A stretch of 64,000 nucleotides of DNA from Eledone cirrhosa (lineage: Eukaryota), in NCBI GenBank assembly GCA_964016885.1, contig OZ024742.1:364498001-364562000 (forward strand), read 5' to 3'. Every line of letters starts with the position of its first letter. Positions within the stretch are counted from its first letter, which is position 1. Made by a program: the position numbers and the translations under genes. Below, piece by piece: positions 60,729 to 64,000 of this stretch. Below the pieces are notes generated by a model. That model had not been told where the DNA came from and searched no databases. It saw only the letters and a program-made list of their open reading frames with translations.

Positions 60729-61957
60729 ATATATATATATATTAATTCAAAATATTAACAAATATAGACATTTGTGTGATCAAGTATATGTTGTTATACA
60801 TATTTCAGAACTACTGAGCTACTTACAACAGTTCGTCCTCATTAGATAAAATAAGATGATGCTTGACATGCCTTGACTATATTGATGGTTAAAATTCAGT
60901 CATTGATTTATTCATTAAACCTTGTTTAACCTTTCTATCTATATATATATATAGTATACCAATACCCCAGGTTGGATTTCTAAAATGTTCGAGCGTATGC
61001 TTAAGAGTATGTTTGTATATGCTCTGTTGTATGGGTGCACTTGTGTATATAGACATTCACTCGCATCCAAAAGTACAAAAGTGTGGGTGGGTATGTATGT
61101 CTGTATTAAGGGACTCGCCTAAGCTCCAAAGCCCCCAAGCTATTGCTGTGAAGATATATATCACACTCTATTTTTGTCTAGTCTAACAGTAACTCTTCCA
61201 AACACCTACTTTACTTTTCTTTAAAAATAACACCCACCTAGTTTTAGGTCTGCCTTATAATTGGATCTGGGGGGCCTCTGTTGTATATATATATATGCAC
61301 TTGTGCGTACATATATATATATACACACACACCTGTATGGATTTGTGTGTGTAGATGTGTGTGTGCCTTAAGGGGTAGGTGTGAGTGTGTACAAATCAAC
61401 CAACATAAGACTTTTTCCAAAATGTCTAAACTTTCTAAGTATTTGACTCCAACCTTTAATTTCAGTATTACCACCCCACATCAGTTCCTTAAATTGTCTG
61501 TGTGGATGTGTGTCTCAGTCGGTGGAGGTGTGTGTGAGTGTATGTGTAAGTCTACCTACATAAGTCTTTTTATTTGTAAATTTTTTATTTGTAAACTTTC
61601 TACTCTAACCATAATTTTCACTAGTACCACTCCACATAAATTCCTCAACTTAAGAATGTCCTGTAGTATCTATTTCATACTATTAACCTCAATTGAATAT
61701 ATATCTGACCAGGAATGCTTTTTGTGAAAATCAGTCATATGGAACTATTGTCATCATGCCTGATGGTTTGAACTTTACAAGACCACCTGCCTCACTGAGG
61801 TCAAATACCAACCCTACTAGCATCTACAAACTGACCAATGAGAATTAAGACTATTCCTGCTGACAACATTAAATTATTCCTAACAAGCTCATATGTCCCA
61901 AGGCTCTGATACCATCAACACTATAAACACAGAGCTGGCATATCTAAGAACTGACTA

Positions 61958-62013
61958 ACTGCCTGATGAGGTCATAGCCATTCAATGGCTATCATCGAAA
62001 TATATATAGCAGT
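61958..62013 (+). ncRNA. Type I hammerhead ribozyme (family F)
   Basis: ACTGC-CTGATGA-GGT.ATAGCCA/TGGCTAT.ATC-GAAA-TATATA-TA-GCAGT; 45 bp upstream of (TA)n. Confidence 0.88.
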
Positions 62014-62078
62014 AAATAAAGGATTATGAGTTCATGCAATTGACTTATGTTTCGTCACTATATATATATATATATACA

Positions 62079-62113
<35 letters not shown>

Positions 62114-62118
<5 letters not shown>

Positions 62119-62505
62119 AATAGAATGAAACAAAATTTCATTTCTCACTCTTAGTACGGCACTTACTAAGAGTGAGAAATCAAATTTCGTTTCATTCTAT
62201 TCCATTTATCGTTTTCGGTGCGCCTGGCCGACTGAACTCACTCGATATGCAAATTGGGCTGCTCAGCCGTTAATTTTCATAAGGAAAGTATATACTTTCG
62301 GACGTTCAACCATCTGGCAGAAAGGTATACGGTGCTGACGATAGCTAATAAGCTTGAAACTAGTACATCGTTCCTGTGTCAGTGTTGAACAAAAAGGTGA
62401 CGTGGTTGCCTAAACACTGTACGGCGTAATTCAGGCTGTTTGTTTGTTTACAAACGAACAAATCGAGCATTATAATAAATGTTCGGTAAACTGATACGTG
62501 CATGT
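62114..62505 (+). mobile_element. ORF-less HHR element (family G) with 5' fold-back hairpin
   Basis: ~42-bp inverted arms 62115-62156 and 62164-62205; HHR at 62330; microsatellite flanks; right boundary approximate. Confidence 0.65.
62330..62370 (+). ncRNA. Minimal type I hammerhead ribozyme (family G)
   Basis: CGGTG-CTGACGA-(T)AGCT/AGCT(T)-GAAA-CTAG-TA-CATCG; palindromic ACTAGT; GUA site. Confidence 0.82.
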
Positions 62506-62586
62506 ATATATGTATGCCTGTATGTATATATATACATGCTACTGTACGTCTGTATACATATATGTATGTACGTATACATACATACT

Positions 62587-62624
<38 letters not shown>

Positions 62625-62694
62625 TATATAAATATATATGCGTGGGAAAGTAAAAAATCGGAGAATAGACCGTTAAAACATGTTTATTTAAAAT

Positions 62695-62737
62695 ATCACC
62701 TACGTACGTTTCGCCCAGTTGGGCTTCTCAAGGGCAT
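62695..62737 (-). ncRNA. Minimal HHR, U3-A8 variant (family H)
   Basis: CC-TTGAGAA-GCCC/GGGC-GAAA-CGTACG-TA-GG; palindromic stem III; weak stem I. Confidence 0.68.
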
Positions 62738-63028
62738 AAATAATCACAAGTTTTCCTTATATTGCTCGGAAAGAGTTTTGGGGGTTAAATCCACATCAAG
62801 GTTCATTGCTCGCAAAAATATCTTGTTTTGATTTTGCAGCAGGTCAAGGAAGGTAACTCTGGCCGGTGTTAGGGCAGTCTTTCCCGGACAAATTTTTTTT
62901 TTTTTTTTTTCCTCATCCGTTTGTCTGGGGCTGGGTCTGGTATGCAAGGATTGTTTCCTGGGTGTTATTTTGCAGCGCCTGCCCACCGGGGTGTTAAGAC
63001 TTGTTGCAGGGAGATCCAGTGTACTATT

Positions 63029-64000
63029 TCACTCTTCATCCTTAACCCATCTGAAGAAGGATATTTTTAAGCGATGTGTACAACTTATCGCTGTTTCGGC
63101 TCTGCTGTTGACGAGCTCGTGGGGTGCAGTTATGATGTGGTAGAGCTCCATGAGGCAAAGATCGCATTTCCTCTTGAAGTTGTACGGTGCAGCCCTGCCG
63201 ACAATCTCCCAGTGCGTGGAGAAGCTGATGTTTAAGTCCTTTAGTGATGTGATGTAGTCTGCGAGCGAGGTGGAGTGCCTTAGTTTTCTATTTGTGAAAG
63301 AGTGGAGATGTGTTCGAAACCTAATTTTGAACGGGCCGGAGGTGGCCCCTATATAATGTTTAACGCTATTGTGGCTAGTAATAGTGCATCTATATATAAC
63401 CCTATCAGTCAAGCAGTATCCTCTAAGGGGGCAGCGTCCTCTGTCGCGGCAGTTGCAATTTCTGTCGCGGTTCCGTCTATTTCCCACGGTAAGGCTATCA
63501 TTGTTGCTGCCTACGTTGTTACCTACGCTTCCGAAGCTGTCGTTAGCACAATTACAACCCACAGCACGCAGGGTGGTGCGATTGTTATTCTGCACGTTAT
63601 GTCCTGCATGTTCCCCAGTCATTTCGCGGTTATTCTGGTTGCGTCTGCGGATGCCGTTGCCAACACTATTGGATGCTTCCAGGGAGTTGTTAAGGCCGAT
63701 ATAGTTATTGTCAGGTGTAGGTGCGTCTGTGTCGAGGTGCTGTGTCTTGGTGATCTTACTGTGGTTCGTTGTTCCTATGATGTCTGCTAGGTTAGGAGTA
63801 GTAGAGAAGTATATTTTTATATTGTTCCTATTAAGAATTTTTCTATACCTATGGTTGGGCGGGAAGTTCTTCTCTAAGGCTTCGAAGAACATCCGGGGTA
63901 TGTTGGAGGCCACACTCCGAGAGTAGGGGGGTGGAACCATAGGACGTTACGGTGGCGATTACCTGTCCTTGTACTTTTGCTACGGGTGGTTCCATCTAAG
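63029..64000 (-). pseudogene. PLE thumb, CxC linker and GIY-YIG endonuclease (partial; frameshift in a C run at ~63930)
   Basis: LWFHP/PYS; FPPNHRYRKILNRNNIK; CNCRDRGRCPL..C; VIYRC..YIGAT..FKIRF..H..SF; CDLC..E. Confidence 0.9.

Larger units (their letters stand above)
62640..64000 (-). mobile_element. 3' part of a Hydra-clade-like PLE (family H), continuing beyond the window
   Basis: EN ORF, 3' UTR, HHR-like motif, terminal (TA)n. Confidence 0.88.

Overview
Eukaryotic (animal) DNA that is AT-rich and repeat-dominated, with no host gene I can support. The SINE motifs and the heavy (TA)n/(TG)n load suggest an octopus or other cephalopod genome (inference from memory, not a search). About 19.6 kb (21335-40930) is one 24-bp satellite with higher-order structure. 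Much of the rest is a cluster of Penelope-like retroelements (PLEs) and non-coding derivatives, nearly all inserted in (TA)n and many present as fold-back inverted duplications. By eye I can fold type I hammerhead ribozymes (HHRs) from about 8 distinct sequence families (about 14 copies). These include an ORF-less ~553-bp tandem/inverted retrozyme-like unit, U3-A8 core variants and HHRs with very long stem II. RTE LINE fragments (one twin-primed and nested in a TIR element), tRNA-derived SINEs, minisatellites and kb-scale (AT)nTG arrays fill the remainder. Most ORFs in the track are microsatellite or satellite artefacts.
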